The translations under genes were made by a program, and so were the position numbers. DNA of 33,869 bases. Source: Chthoniobacteraceae bacterium (lineage in GTDB: Bacteria; Verrucomicrobiota; Verrucomicrobiia; Chthoniobacterales; Chthoniobacteraceae). Location: contig JBBCKI010000005.1 of assembly GCA_037190965.1 (NCBI GenBank), positions 1 to 33,869 on the forward strand, read 5' to 3'. Below are positions 15,604 through 23,722 of the stretch, in pieces. The notes beneath the pieces are model-generated. The model saw nothing but the letters and a program-made list of their open reading frames with translations. It was not told the origin of the DNA and did no database searches. Positions within the stretch are counted from its first letter, which is position 1. The number at the start of each line of letters is the position of its first letter.

Positions 15604-16242
15604 ATGCACGGTGTTTTCCCTTCCGCCCTTCTCGGATACCTTTTGGGATCGATTCCCTTCGGCCTTCTGGTCGCCCGGAGTCGCGGTGTCGATATCCGCC
15701 AACACGGCAGTGGAAACATCGGCGCCACCAATGTTCTACGAACACTGGGGAAAAAGTGGGGCATTCTTGTCTTCTTCCTCGATGCCTTGAAAGGCGTGGC
15801 TGCCGTGCTGCTGGCAGAGCGGCTTTTCGGTCCGATGCTCCCCATGCTCCCGGAAGGCGGCGCGGCCCTCACCCGCGTTCACCTCGGGATCGTGGGCGGG
15901 CTGGCGTGCGTGATGGGCCATAACTTCCCCGTATGGCTGAAGTTCAAGGGCGGCAAAGGGGTGGCCACGACGGCGGGCGTGCTGATCGGCCTTTTGCCCG
16001 TGGCCGCTGCCGTGGCCTTCGTCGCCTGGGGGGTGGTGTTCTATGCCACCCGTTATGTTTCCATCGCCTCGATCGCCGCCGCCATCGTGATCCCCGTCAC
16101 GGTCTGGTTCATCGAACGGCAGGCGGACACGCTCTTCTGGTTTTCGGTCGCGGTGGGCGTGCTTGCCATTTGGCGGCATCGCTCGAACATTCAACGGTTG
16201 CTGGCAGGAACCGAGGGCCGCTTCGAAAAGAAAAAGAAATGA
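15604..16242 (+). CDS. plsY: Glycerol-3-phosphate acyltransferase PlsY
   Basis: YLLGSIPFG, DIRQHGSGNIGATNVLR, GHNFPVWLKFKGGKGVAT, RHRSNIQRL. Start moved to the ATG at 15604. Confidence 0.95.
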   Translation: MHGVFPSALLGYLLGSIPFGLLVARSRGVDIRQHGSGNIGATNVLRTLGKKWGILVFFLDALKGVAAVLLAERLFGPMLPMLPEGGAALTRVHLGIVGGLACVMGHNFPVWLKFKGGKGVATTAGVLIGLLPVAAAVAFVAWGVVFYATRYVSIASIAAAIVIPVTVWFIERQADTLFWFSVAVGVLAIWRHRSNIQRLLAGTEGRFEKKKK

Positions 16243-17240
16243 GCGTCACAAAAATCGGAGTCATCGGCGCGGGGAGTTTCGGCACCGCGCTTGCCCATCT
16301 TGCAGCCGCCGCGCCGGAACCGCGCTCCATCGTGCTCTGGGGGCGCGATCCCGAGCAGGTGGACCGAATCCGCAGCACGCGCTTGAATACCCCCTACCTT
16401 CCCGGCATCCGGCTTTCGGAGAACATCATCGCCACCCATGACATCGGCGAGGCTGCCGACGCCGAGGTGATCCTCGTGGTGCCCCCCTCCAAGGGAATCC
16501 GCGAAGTGGCGAAACGACTCGCAGACGCCAAGGCGCGCGGCATCCTGATCTCCTGCACCAAAGGGATTGAACGCGGTACGGGCCTGCGGATGAGCCAGAT
16601 TCTGCACGAGGCGCTCCCGGCAAATCCGATCGCGGTCCTCTCCGGGCCCAGCCACGCGGAGGAACTCTCGCGGGGGATCCCCGCCGCCGTGGCGCTCGGG
16701 TGCGAGGACGAAGCGCTGGCGGAGAAACTCCAACGCCTGCTGAGCGCGCAGACGCTCCGCATCTACACCAGCACCGATGTCGCGGGGATCGAACTCGGCG
16801 GGGCGCTCAAGAACATCTTCGCCATCGCGGCGGGAGTGGCCGATGGCCTCGGCTTTGGCGACAACTCCAAGGCGGCGCTTGTCACCCGCGCCGTCGTGGA
16901 GATGGTACGGCTCGGCGTTGCCATGGGAGGCCGCGCGGAGACTTTCTACGGCCTGAGTGGGCTGGGGGACCTGATGGTTACCTGCTTCTCCCGACATAGC
17001 CGCAACCGCGCGGTCGGCGAGCGGCTGGGGCACGGAGAAACCCCAGAGGCCGTCTCCGGGTCGATGCAAATGGTCGCCGAAGGGGTGCCGACAACACTAA
17101 GCGCCTACGAATGCGCCCGGCGGTTCGGGCTGGAAACGCCGATCATCGACGCCGTCTATGGCCTGATTTACGAGGGCAAGGCACCGAAGACCGTACTGGC
17201 GGAGATCCTGGCGCGGCAGCCGAAGGCTGAAGGGCGGTAA
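16239..17240 (+). CDS. gpsA: NAD(P)H-dependent glycerol-3-phosphate dehydrogenase
   Basis: GAGSFGTALA, CTKGIE, LSGPSHA, ELGGALKNI, GLGDLMVTC, SRNR. The start overlaps the plsY stop (ATGA). Confidence 0.95.
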   Translation: MSVTKIGVIGAGSFGTALAHLAAAAPEPRSIVLWGRDPEQVDRIRSTRLNTPYLPGIRLSENIIATHDIGEAADAEVILVVPPSKGIREVAKRLADAKARGILISCTKGIERGTGLRMSQILHEALPANPIAVLSGPSHAEELSRGIPAAVALGCEDEALAEKLQRLLSAQTLRIYTSTDVAGIELGGALKNIFAIAAGVADGLGFGDNSKAALVTRAVVEMVRLGVAMGGRAETFYGLSGLGDLMVTCFSRHSRNRAVGERLGHGETPEAVSGSMQMVAEGVPTTLSAYECARRFGLETPIIDAVYGLIYEGKAPKTVLAEILARQPKAEGR

Positions 17241-17362
17241 GGAGACCGGGGCTTTCAGAAAAGCCAACCGCCAAAGGTTGATGCGCAGTTCCTCAAGCAA
17301 AGCGGCTGTATTTTCCATACTGCCCGAGTTGGAAGAACCGCGCGACGGCCCCTCGCCCGCAA

Positions 17363-17452
17363 GGTAGTGCGATCGCGCCGCGAGCGCAGGGGTTGGACGT
17401 TCGATTCGCCTCAACCTCCACTCCCGGACCGCGACGGCGCGCGGTCCCTACC
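17363..17452. repeat. REP doublet (REPIN): two inverted GTAG-type REPs between convergent gpsA and cysNC
   Basis: + strand GGTAG-TGCGATCG-CGCCG-CGAGCGCA-GGG (17363-17391) and - strand GGTAG-GGACCGCG-CGCCGT-CGCGGTCC-GGG (17452-17423), with a small hairpin in the spacer. Confidence 0.75.
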
Positions 17453-17469
17453 TTTACATCACCGCTCTT

Positions 17470-19395
17470 CTAAATATCGAAGTTCTCCGGCCCCTCGACA
17501 CGCAGCTTGGGCCGCAGGAAGTCGAGAATGGTCGCAACCGATTCGCCCAGCGTCTGCACCTCGGTGTCGATGACGAGATCGGGGTCTTCCGGCACTTCGT
17601 AAGGAGCGTCGATTCCGGTGAAATCCTTGATCTCTCCGGCGCGCGCCTTTTTGTAGAGCTGCTTGGGATCACGCTGCTCGCAAACTTCCAGCGACGCCTT
17701 GACGTGGACGACGTAAAAGTCGAGGCCTCCTTCGAGAGCGATCTCGCGGGCGCGGCGGCGATCGGCCTTGTAGGGCGCGATGAACGCCGTGATGACCACC
17801 AGACCTGCGTCAGCCATCAACCGGGCCACCTCGGCCACACGCCGGATGTTCTCAACCCGATCCTCAGGCGAGAAGCCGAGGTTGGAGTTGAGCCCGTGGC
17901 GGATATTGTCGCCGTCGAGGATGTAGGTCTGCATCGAGCGATTGAAAAGCTCGCGCTCCAACTCGTGGGCGATGGTCGATTTACCCGAGCCGCTCAGGCC
18001 GGTGAGCCAGACAACGGCCCCCTTGTGCCCGTTGCGGATCTCGCGGTGCTCGGGAGTCACGGCTCCTTCGCTCCAGAAAATGTTGCTCGATTTGATCTTG
18101 GTGCGGTCCGTGTAGATGCCGCCGAAGACGATGCCGCCCCCGGCGACGTGGTGCCCGTCCATGATGACGAAACGGCCCAGGATGGGGCTGGTGTCATGGT
18201 TATCCATGACTAGTGCGGTGCGCGTCTTGAGCGTGACTTCGGCCACGTCGTTGCGGGCGATGAAGTCGCGGTCGGTTACGGCGTCAAGGGTGGAGGCGTC
18301 GATCACGCGCTCGATGGAAACGATCTCGGCGTCGACCTCCTGAGTGGTGATCTTGAGCTTGTACCGGCGGCCTTTCTCCAGCGGATTGTGGCCCATCCAG
18401 AAGAGGCGCGCCTTGAAACGGTTGCTCTCGATGGGAGTCTCCGTCTCGTGCGAGGCGATGTGCCCGCGCTCGACAAAGATCTGTTCGGTGAGCGTCACAC
18501 CGATTGATTCTCCCGCGACGGCGAAATCGCGCTCCGGCGCGTGCCACCGCTCGATCGTCTTGACCACCGCCGTCTTGTTATTGGGCGAGAAGACCAGCTT
18601 GTCCCCCACGCGCAACGTGCCCGACTCAATGCGGCCCGCAAGGATGCGGCGCTCGTCAAAACGATAGATATCCTGAATCGGGAAGCGGAGGGCCTGCTCT
18701 TCGACCGTCTTGGGGAGTTCGAACTGATCAAGCGCCTCCAGGATCGTGGGGCCATCGTACCAGCCGAGTTGCGCGGCATTGCGAGTGGCGATGTTGTCAC
18801 CGTTGCGGGCGGAGATCGGGATGAAGAGCTTGGCCTCCAGGCCGATCTGGCTCAGAAACTCGGTATACTCGGCCTTCAGTTTTTCGAAGGTCTCCTCGCA
18901 GTACCCGGCGAGGTCCATCTTGTTGACCGCGACAACCACCTGCCGGATGCCGAGCAGGCTCAAGAGATAACCGTGGCGTCGGCTCTGTTCGCGCACGCCC
19001 TCGTTAGCGGCGATGAGCAACACGGCGGCATCGGCGCTGGCCGCGCCGCTGATCATGTTCTTCAGGAACTCCTTGTGGCCCGGCGCGTCAATGATGACGT
19101 AAGGGCGCTTTTCCGTGCGGAACTGAATCTGCGTCGTGTCGATGGTGATGTTCTGCGCCTGCTCTTCGAGCAACGCGTCGAGCAGAAAGGCATACTCGAA
19201 CTCCATCCCCTCCTCTTTGCACGCTTTCTGAATCTGCTCCACTTTGCCGTCGGGCAGCGAGTGAGTGTCATGAAAGATGCGGCCAATCAGCGTCGATTTA
19301 CCATGGTCGACATGGCCGACGAATACGATCTTCAAGCGAGCCGTCGACTGAGCGGCGGCGTTTTTGGGTTGGGAAGGAGAAAGCGTGGTGGACAT
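17470..19395 (-). CDS. cysNC: Bifunctional sulfate adenylyltransferase large subunit / APS kinase
   Basis: GTPase motifs [14 protein letters not shown] and NKMD; C-terminal APS kinase motifs [19 protein letters not shown] and FTGIDAPYE. Confidence 0.95.
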   Translation of the reverse strand: MSTTLSPSQPKNAAAQSTARLKIVFVGHVDHGKSTLIGRIFHDTHSLPDGKVEQIQKACKEEGMEFEYAFLLDALLEEQAQNITIDTTQIQFRTEKRPYVIIDAPGHKEFLKNMISGAASADAAVLLIAANEGVREQSRRHGYLLSLLGIRQVVVAVNKMDLAGYCEETFEKLKAEYTEFLSQIGLEAKLFIPISARNGDNIATRNAAQLGWYDGPTILEALDQFELPKTVEEQALRFPIQDIYRFDERRILAGRIESGTLRVGDKLVFSPNNKTAVVKTIERWHAPERDFAVAGESIGVTLTEQIFVERGHIASHETETPIESNRFKARLFWMGHNPLEKGRRYKLKITTQEVDAEIVSIERVIDASTLDAVTDRDFIARNDVAEVTLKTRTALVMDNHDTSPILGRFVIMDGHHVAGGGIVFGGIYTDRTKIKSSNIFWSEGAVTPEHREIRNGHKGAVVWLTGLSGSGKSTIAHELERELFNRSMQTYILDGDNIRHGLNSNLGFSPEDRVENIRRVAEVARLMADAGLVVITAFIAPYKADRRRAREIALEGGLDFYVVHVKASLEVCEQRDPKQLYKKARAGEIKDFTGIDAPYEVPEDPDLVIDTEVQTLGESVATILDFLRPKLRVEGPENFDI

Positions 19396-19461
19396 GGTCT
19401 GTCAAAAGGAGTGAATCCGGCTGGCGATAAATGCGAAGAGCAAGGGGCGGGGTGGCGCGGC

Positions 19462-20409
19462 CTACATGAAGCCTTTTGCGCGAAGCTTCTGCATCGCGTT
19501 GCGCTCATGGTGATCCTGGGCGCGGCCGGCGCGTTCGCTGGTCTTGGTGCAGGCGAGTTCGTCGATGATCTTGTCGATGGTATCGGCGTTGCTCTCCACG
19601 GGGCCGGAGATCGGCCAGCAGCCGAGGGAGCGGAACCGGTAACGGCCTCCGTCCTTCCCGTCGCGGGCAAAATACATTTGGGGGATCGGGATCCCTTCGC
19701 GCTGGATGTAGAGCCAGATGTCGCGCTCGCTCCAATCCAGCAGCGCCTGCACGCGGACGTGTTCGCCCGGGCCGCAGGAGGTGGTGAACTGATTCCAGAA
19801 CTCGGGCGGCTGATCCTTGTAGTCCCACTCGAAGTCCTTCGTGCGCGGGCTGAAGTAACGCTCCTTGGCGCGAGTCGGGTCTTCATCGCGGCGGATGCCG
19901 GTGATGAGCGCGTCCCACTGGTGCTCGGCCATCACCTGCTGGAGGGCGACGGTCTTCAATTCATGCGTGACGGTGACGGGATCGGCGGTGTCATAACCGA
20001 TCGGCCCCGTTGCCTCGTAAGAGCCACATCCGGCGCGGGCGTCCTCGTTGATCTTCACGATCAGGTTGAGGTTATGATGCTTCACCGCCCAGTCGCGGTA
20101 GGCAATCATCTCCGGGAATTCGTACGTCGTGTCGATATGCAGGAGCGGGTACGGGATGTGCCCGCCGAATGCCTTCCTGGAAAGCCAGATAAGGACGTTG
20201 GAGTCCTTCCCCATCGACCACGGCATGCAGATGTTTTTGAAGTGGTGGTAAGCCTCGCGGATGATGAAAATGCTCTGGGCTTCCAACGCGTCGAGGTGCG
20301 CGGCGTCTTCGCGGGAGACGGTCTCCGGGAAAAACGCGGGCGATTCGTCGGGACGCGGCGCGGGATATTTTCCGCCGTAAGCGGGGTGGCTTTCGTAGCT
20401 GGTGCTCAT
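19462..20409 (-). CDS. cysD: Sulfate adenylyltransferase subunit 2
   Basis: SMGKDS, LLHIDT, LKTVAL, GIRRDE..RAKERYFS, RFRSLGC, ERAGR. Start set at the ATG at 20409. Confidence 0.93.
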   Translation of the reverse strand: MSTSYESHPAYGGKYPAPRPDESPAFFPETVSREDAAHLDALEAQSIFIIREAYHHFKNICMPWSMGKDSNVLIWLSRKAFGGHIPYPLLHIDTTYEFPEMIAYRDWAVKHHNLNLIVKINEDARAGCGSYEATGPIGYDTADPVTVTHELKTVALQQVMAEHQWDALITGIRRDEDPTRAKERYFSPRTKDFEWDYKDQPPEFWNQFTTSCGPGEHVRVQALLDWSERDIWLYIQREGIPIPQMYFARDGKDGGRYRFRSLGCWPISGPVESNADTIDKIIDELACTKTSERAGRAQDHHERNAMQKLRAKGFM

Positions 20410-20426
20410 CGTGTGTGGGAAAAAAA

Positions 20427-21164
20427 CTAAATATTCGCTCCAAGAAAGGTGTGAATGCCGCACTCGGTCTTGTCAAAACCCGTCCAGCGCCCCGCCCGTT
20501 CGTCCTCTCCGGAGCCGGTTGGGCGGGTGCAGGGAATGCAACCGATCGAGCGATAGCCCCGGTCGTGCAATGGGTTATAGGGGATCTTGTGTTCGTGCAG
20601 ATAAGCCCACACGGCTTCCCGGCTCCAGGCGGCCATCGGGTTAAGTTTCAGGATGTCGAGGTCCCGCAGCTTGTCAAAATTATAGAGCTCCAGAATACCG
20701 GTCTTCTCGCGCGTGTCGGCCTGCTGCCGGCGAACCCCGGTGATCCAGACCGCCAGATCGGCAAGCCGCTTTTGCAACGGAAGCACTTTGCGAAGCGTGC
20801 AGCAGAGGTCCGGCGCTCTTTCCCACAGCTTTTCCCCGTGCTCGACGGCCTGCTCCTCCGGCGTCTGCTCCGGGTGGGAGCTTTCGATCTCAATGCCGAA
20901 GAAATCCTCCAGCCGCTTTTTCAACTCCAGCGTCTCCGGAAAAAGAAACCCGGTATCCAAGGTGAAAATGGGAAAACGGAATCCCGCGCGGACGGCTTGA
21001 TGAATCATCACCAACCCGGCCCCCTGAAAGCTCGTGCCGATCCCGGCGCGGACTTCAAATCGCTCCCAGGCCCAGCCCAGAATCTGCTCCAGCGAAGCCG
21101 ATTCGAATCCCTCTGCAAGGGCTCGAACTTCTTCACTGGTGATTTCATTGGGTTGAAGTGACAT
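20427..21164 (-). CDS. cysH: APS/PAPS reductase (Fe-S cysteine motifs indicate the APS-reductase type)
   Basis: LDTGFLFPET, CCTLRKV, WITGVRRQQ, GYRSIGCIPCT, ERAGRW, KTECGIH. Confidence 0.93.
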   Translation of the reverse strand: MSLQPNEITSEEVRALAEGFESASLEQILGWAWERFEVRAGIGTSFQGAGLVMIHQAVRAGFRFPIFTLDTGFLFPETLELKKRLEDFFGIEIESSHPEQTPEEQAVEHGEKLWERAPDLCCTLRKVLPLQKRLADLAVWITGVRRQQADTREKTGILELYNFDKLRDLDILKLNPMAAWSREAVWAYLHEHKIPYNPLHDRGYRSIGCIPCTRPTGSGEDERAGRWTGFDKTECGIHTFLGANI

Positions 21165-21334
21165 TTTCTTTCAAAACCCCAATTCCCTACTAGAAATTGG
21201 GAGAATTAGGATTCATGCTGCCTTAGCCGCGGCTCCCGTCGCAAGCCAAAAATCGAAAGCCCTTCGGAATAAACCTAAAAACGTCAATGGGAAGGGATGA
21301 GGCTGGCGTAAAATGCTGAGTCGCGATGGTTGGA

Positions 21335-21481
21335 GGTAGTCCGCTCGCGCCGTCGAGCGCGGGATCGACGAAGAGTCGCGTTTGGCGCCCATCCCCACAG
21401 GACGGGGCTGCTGGGACGGGGATGCAGCCCTCATGAAGCCAAGAAGTCGATACCCGCGCTCGACGGCGCGAGCGTGCTACC
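21335..21481. repeat. REP doublet (REPIN) between tkt and cysH
   Basis: GGTAGTCCGCTCGCGCCGTCGAGCGCGGGATCGAC (21335-21369) and an inverted near-identical copy GGTAGCACGCTCGCGCCGTCGAGCGCGGGTATCGAC (21481-21446), with an inner catcccc/ggggatg inverted repeat. Confidence 0.85.
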
Positions 21482-21564
21482 GGTGCTGCCGCACCAGCTA
21501 CTTCGGCCATGCCAAGCGGTTGCTGACACGCTTGGATTCCACCGGGAAAGCGATGTGTTTCCGC

Positions 21565-21602
21565 AAAAGAAAGAGACCCGGGAGAGGAAGCCCCCTCCCG
21601 GG
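21565..21602 (-). terminator. Intrinsic terminator of tkt
   Basis: Stem cccgggag...ctcccggg followed on the minus strand by TCTCTTTCTTTT, ~11 nt after the tkt stop. Confidence 0.7.
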
Positions 21603-21613
21603 CCTGAAATCCC

Positions 21614-23599
21614 TTACGCGAGTTCGCGCGCGGCTTTCACGACGCTCTCGGCGGTCATGCCGAGTTCTTTCATCACGGAGCCGCCCGGTGCGCTGATGCC
21701 GAAGCTATCGATCCCGACGACTTTGCCGTCGAGCCCGACCCAGCGGAACCAGAGATCGCTCACGCCCGCTTCAATCGCCACGCGGCGGCGAACGTTGGCC
21801 GGGAGAATCGACTCGCGGTATTCCACGCTCTGGCGCTCAAAGCGCTCGAAGGAAGGCATGGAAACCACGCGGGTGCCCGCGCCGAGTTCCTTCGCGGCAG
21901 CCACGGCATGCTGCACTTCGCTCCCTGCGGCGAGGAGAATCGTCTCCAGGGGAGCCGTCTCTTTGACGAGAATATACGCCCCCTTGAGGACGCCTTCGCG
22001 ACGGACTTCCGCCGGAGCGACGGTCAGGTTCGGGACCACTTGCCGGGTGAGCGCGAGGAGCGTCGGGCCGTCATTGCGCTGCTGGGAGGCGACGAAAGCG
22101 CCCGCCGTCTCTTCGGGATCGGCAGGACGGATGACGTCCAGATTCGGGATCACGCGGAGACCGCTGACCGTTTCCACCGGCTGGTGGGTCGGGCCGTCTT
22201 CACCCACGCCCACGGAGTCGTGCGTAAAGATGTACGTCACCGGGAGGCGCGAGAGCGCCGCGAGGCGGATCGAAGGCCGGGCGTAGTCGGCGAAGACGAG
22301 GAACGTCGCACCGGAAGCGCGGAAGATTCCGTCATAGGCGATCCCGTTGAGGATACCCGCCATGGCGTGTTCGCGGATGCCGAAACGGATGTTGCGGCCG
22401 CCCCAGTTTTCCGGCGTCCAGTCCTTGCTGGAGTTGATGTAGTTGAGCGTGGAGCCGTAAAGATCCGCCGAACCGCTGATGAGGAGCGGAAGCGCCTCGG
22501 CGATTGGCTGGAGCACGTCGCCGCCCGCCTTGCGGGTGGCGATCTTCGCGTCGTCGGGGAATACCGGGATGCGCGAAAGAAGATCGGCCGGCGTCGCATG
22601 AGTCACCCCGGAGTCGAGCAAAGCCGCCTTGTCCGGGTTGGCCTCGCGCCATGCGCGGTAGGATGCGTTCCACGCCTCGTAGTCGGCAAGACGGCACTTC
22701 TTGTGCTCCGCGAAGTAAGCCTGTGTCTCCGGCGAAACATAAAAATGCGTCTCCGGAAGACCGAGCGCCTTGCGGGCGGCATCGGAGAATTTTGCCCCGC
22801 CTTCACCGTGAGCTTTCGCGGTTCCGGCAACCTCGGGGATGCCTTTGCCGATGAGCGTCTTGGCAATGATGAGCTGCGGCTTGCCGCTGGCAGCTTTGGC
22901 CTTTTCGTAGGCGGCGAGGAACGCCGTCATGTCGTGGCCGTCCACCGTCTGCACGTCCCAACGCAGCGCCTCGAAGCGACCTGCGGTGTCCTCGTTCTGC
23001 GTGGCGTCGGCCATCGCGTCGAGGGTGACATCGTTGGAATCGTAAATGAGGATCAGGTTATCGAGCTTGGCGTGCCCGGCAAACGCAACCGCCTCCTGAG
23101 CGACGCCTTCCTGCATGCAGCCATCGCCCGCGAGCACGACGATGTGCTGGTCAAAAATCGCGTGCTCGGGCGTGTTGAAACGCGCCGCCGCCATCTTGGC
23201 GGAAACGGCGAACCCGACCGCGTTGGAAATCCCCTGGCCGAGCGGCCCGGTGGTCGCCTCGACGCCCGGGGTTTCAAACGATTCCGGGTGGCCCGGCGTC
23301 TTGCTGTGAAGCTGCCGGAAGTTTTCCACCTCCTTGATGGAGAGATCGTACCCGGCAATATGCAGCCAGGAATAAAGGAACATGGAGCCGTGACCTGCGG
23401 AGAGAATGAAACGGTCGCGGTTGAGCCATTTTGGGGCTTCAGGATTGTAGCGAAGGGCGCTCCCAAAGAGAACCGCGCCAATCTCGGCGCATCCGAGCGG
23501 GAGACCAAGGTGACCGGAGGAACACTTATGCACCGCGTCGATGGCGAGGCCGCGCGCTTCGTCAGCGGCCCGGGAAAGAATATCGAGTTTCAGATTCAT
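21614..23599 (-). CDS. tkt: Transketolase
   Basis: [67 protein letters not shown]. Confidence 0.97.
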   Translation of the reverse strand: MNLKLDILSRAADEARGLAIDAVHKCSSGHLGLPLGCAEIGAVLFGSALRYNPEAPKWLNRDRFILSAGHGSMFLYSWLHIAGYDLSIKEVENFRQLHSKTPGHPESFETPGVEATTGPLGQGISNAVGFAVSAKMAAARFNTPEHAIFDQHIVVLAGDGCMQEGVAQEAVAFAGHAKLDNLILIYDSNDVTLDAMADATQNEDTAGRFEALRWDVQTVDGHDMTAFLAAYEKAKAASGKPQLIIAKTLIGKGIPEVAGTAKAHGEGGAKFSDAARKALGLPETHFYVSPETQAYFAEHKKCRLADYEAWNASYRAWREANPDKAALLDSGVTHATPADLLSRIPVFPDDAKIATRKAGGDVLQPIAEALPLLISGSADLYGSTLNYINSSKDWTPENWGGRNIRFGIREHAMAGILNGIAYDGIFRASGATFLVFADYARPSIRLAALSRLPVTYIFTHDSVGVGEDGPTHQPVETVSGLRVIPNLDVIRPADPEETAGAFVASQQRNDGPTLLALTRQVVPNLTVAPAEVRREGVLKGAYILVKETAPLETILLAAGSEVQHAVAAAKELGAGTRVVSMPSFERFERQSVEYRESILPANVRRRVAIEAGVSDLWFRWVGLDGKVVGIDSFGISAPGGSVMKELGMTAESVVKAARELA

Positions 23600-23630
23600 G
23601 GATTCTTTGTCTTCTTTAAATAGGGCATGG

Positions 23631-23658
23631 AGCCTAAAAGCTCGTCCCGGGAAGTCAA
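23631..23658 (-). promoter_or_regulatory. Putative sigma70 promoter of tkt
   Basis: Minus strand TTGACT-N16-TAGGCT, about 30 nt upstream of the tkt ATG. Confidence 0.45.
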
Positions 23659-23689
23659 GAATTGCGGCGTGAAGAGCCGGAGGGGGGGT

Positions 23690-23705
23690 GCGCGACCGGA
23701 CTACC
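23690..23705 (-). repeat. Half REP remnant
   Basis: Minus strand GGTAGTCCGGTCGCGC matches 15/16 nt of the 5' half of the REP at 21335. Confidence 0.5.
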
Positions 23706-23722
23706 GATCTCCGGTTTTTAGC

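Noticed and set aside
15933..16238. N-terminal extension of gpsA in the ORF track (likewise the extended starts for plsY, cysD, the PEP-CTERM gene and both kinases)
   Set aside because: The extensions overlap neighbouring genes or lack family features; downstream ATGs fit the family N-termini.
17331..17420. tRNA-Sec-like or tmRNA-like element (GGAAGA start, GTTCGATTC loop, ...CTCCA end)
   Set aside because: No pairing acceptor stem, no UCA anticodon and no cloverleaf; better explained as the spacer hairpin of the REP doublet.
18541..20430. 629-aa + strand ORF
   Set aside because: Antisense to cysNC and cysD; typical high-GC shadow frame.
21165..21613. Riboswitch (e.g. SAM) upstream of the cys genes
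   Set aside because: No recognisable aptamer consensus; the structure is accounted for by the REPIN and the tkt terminator.
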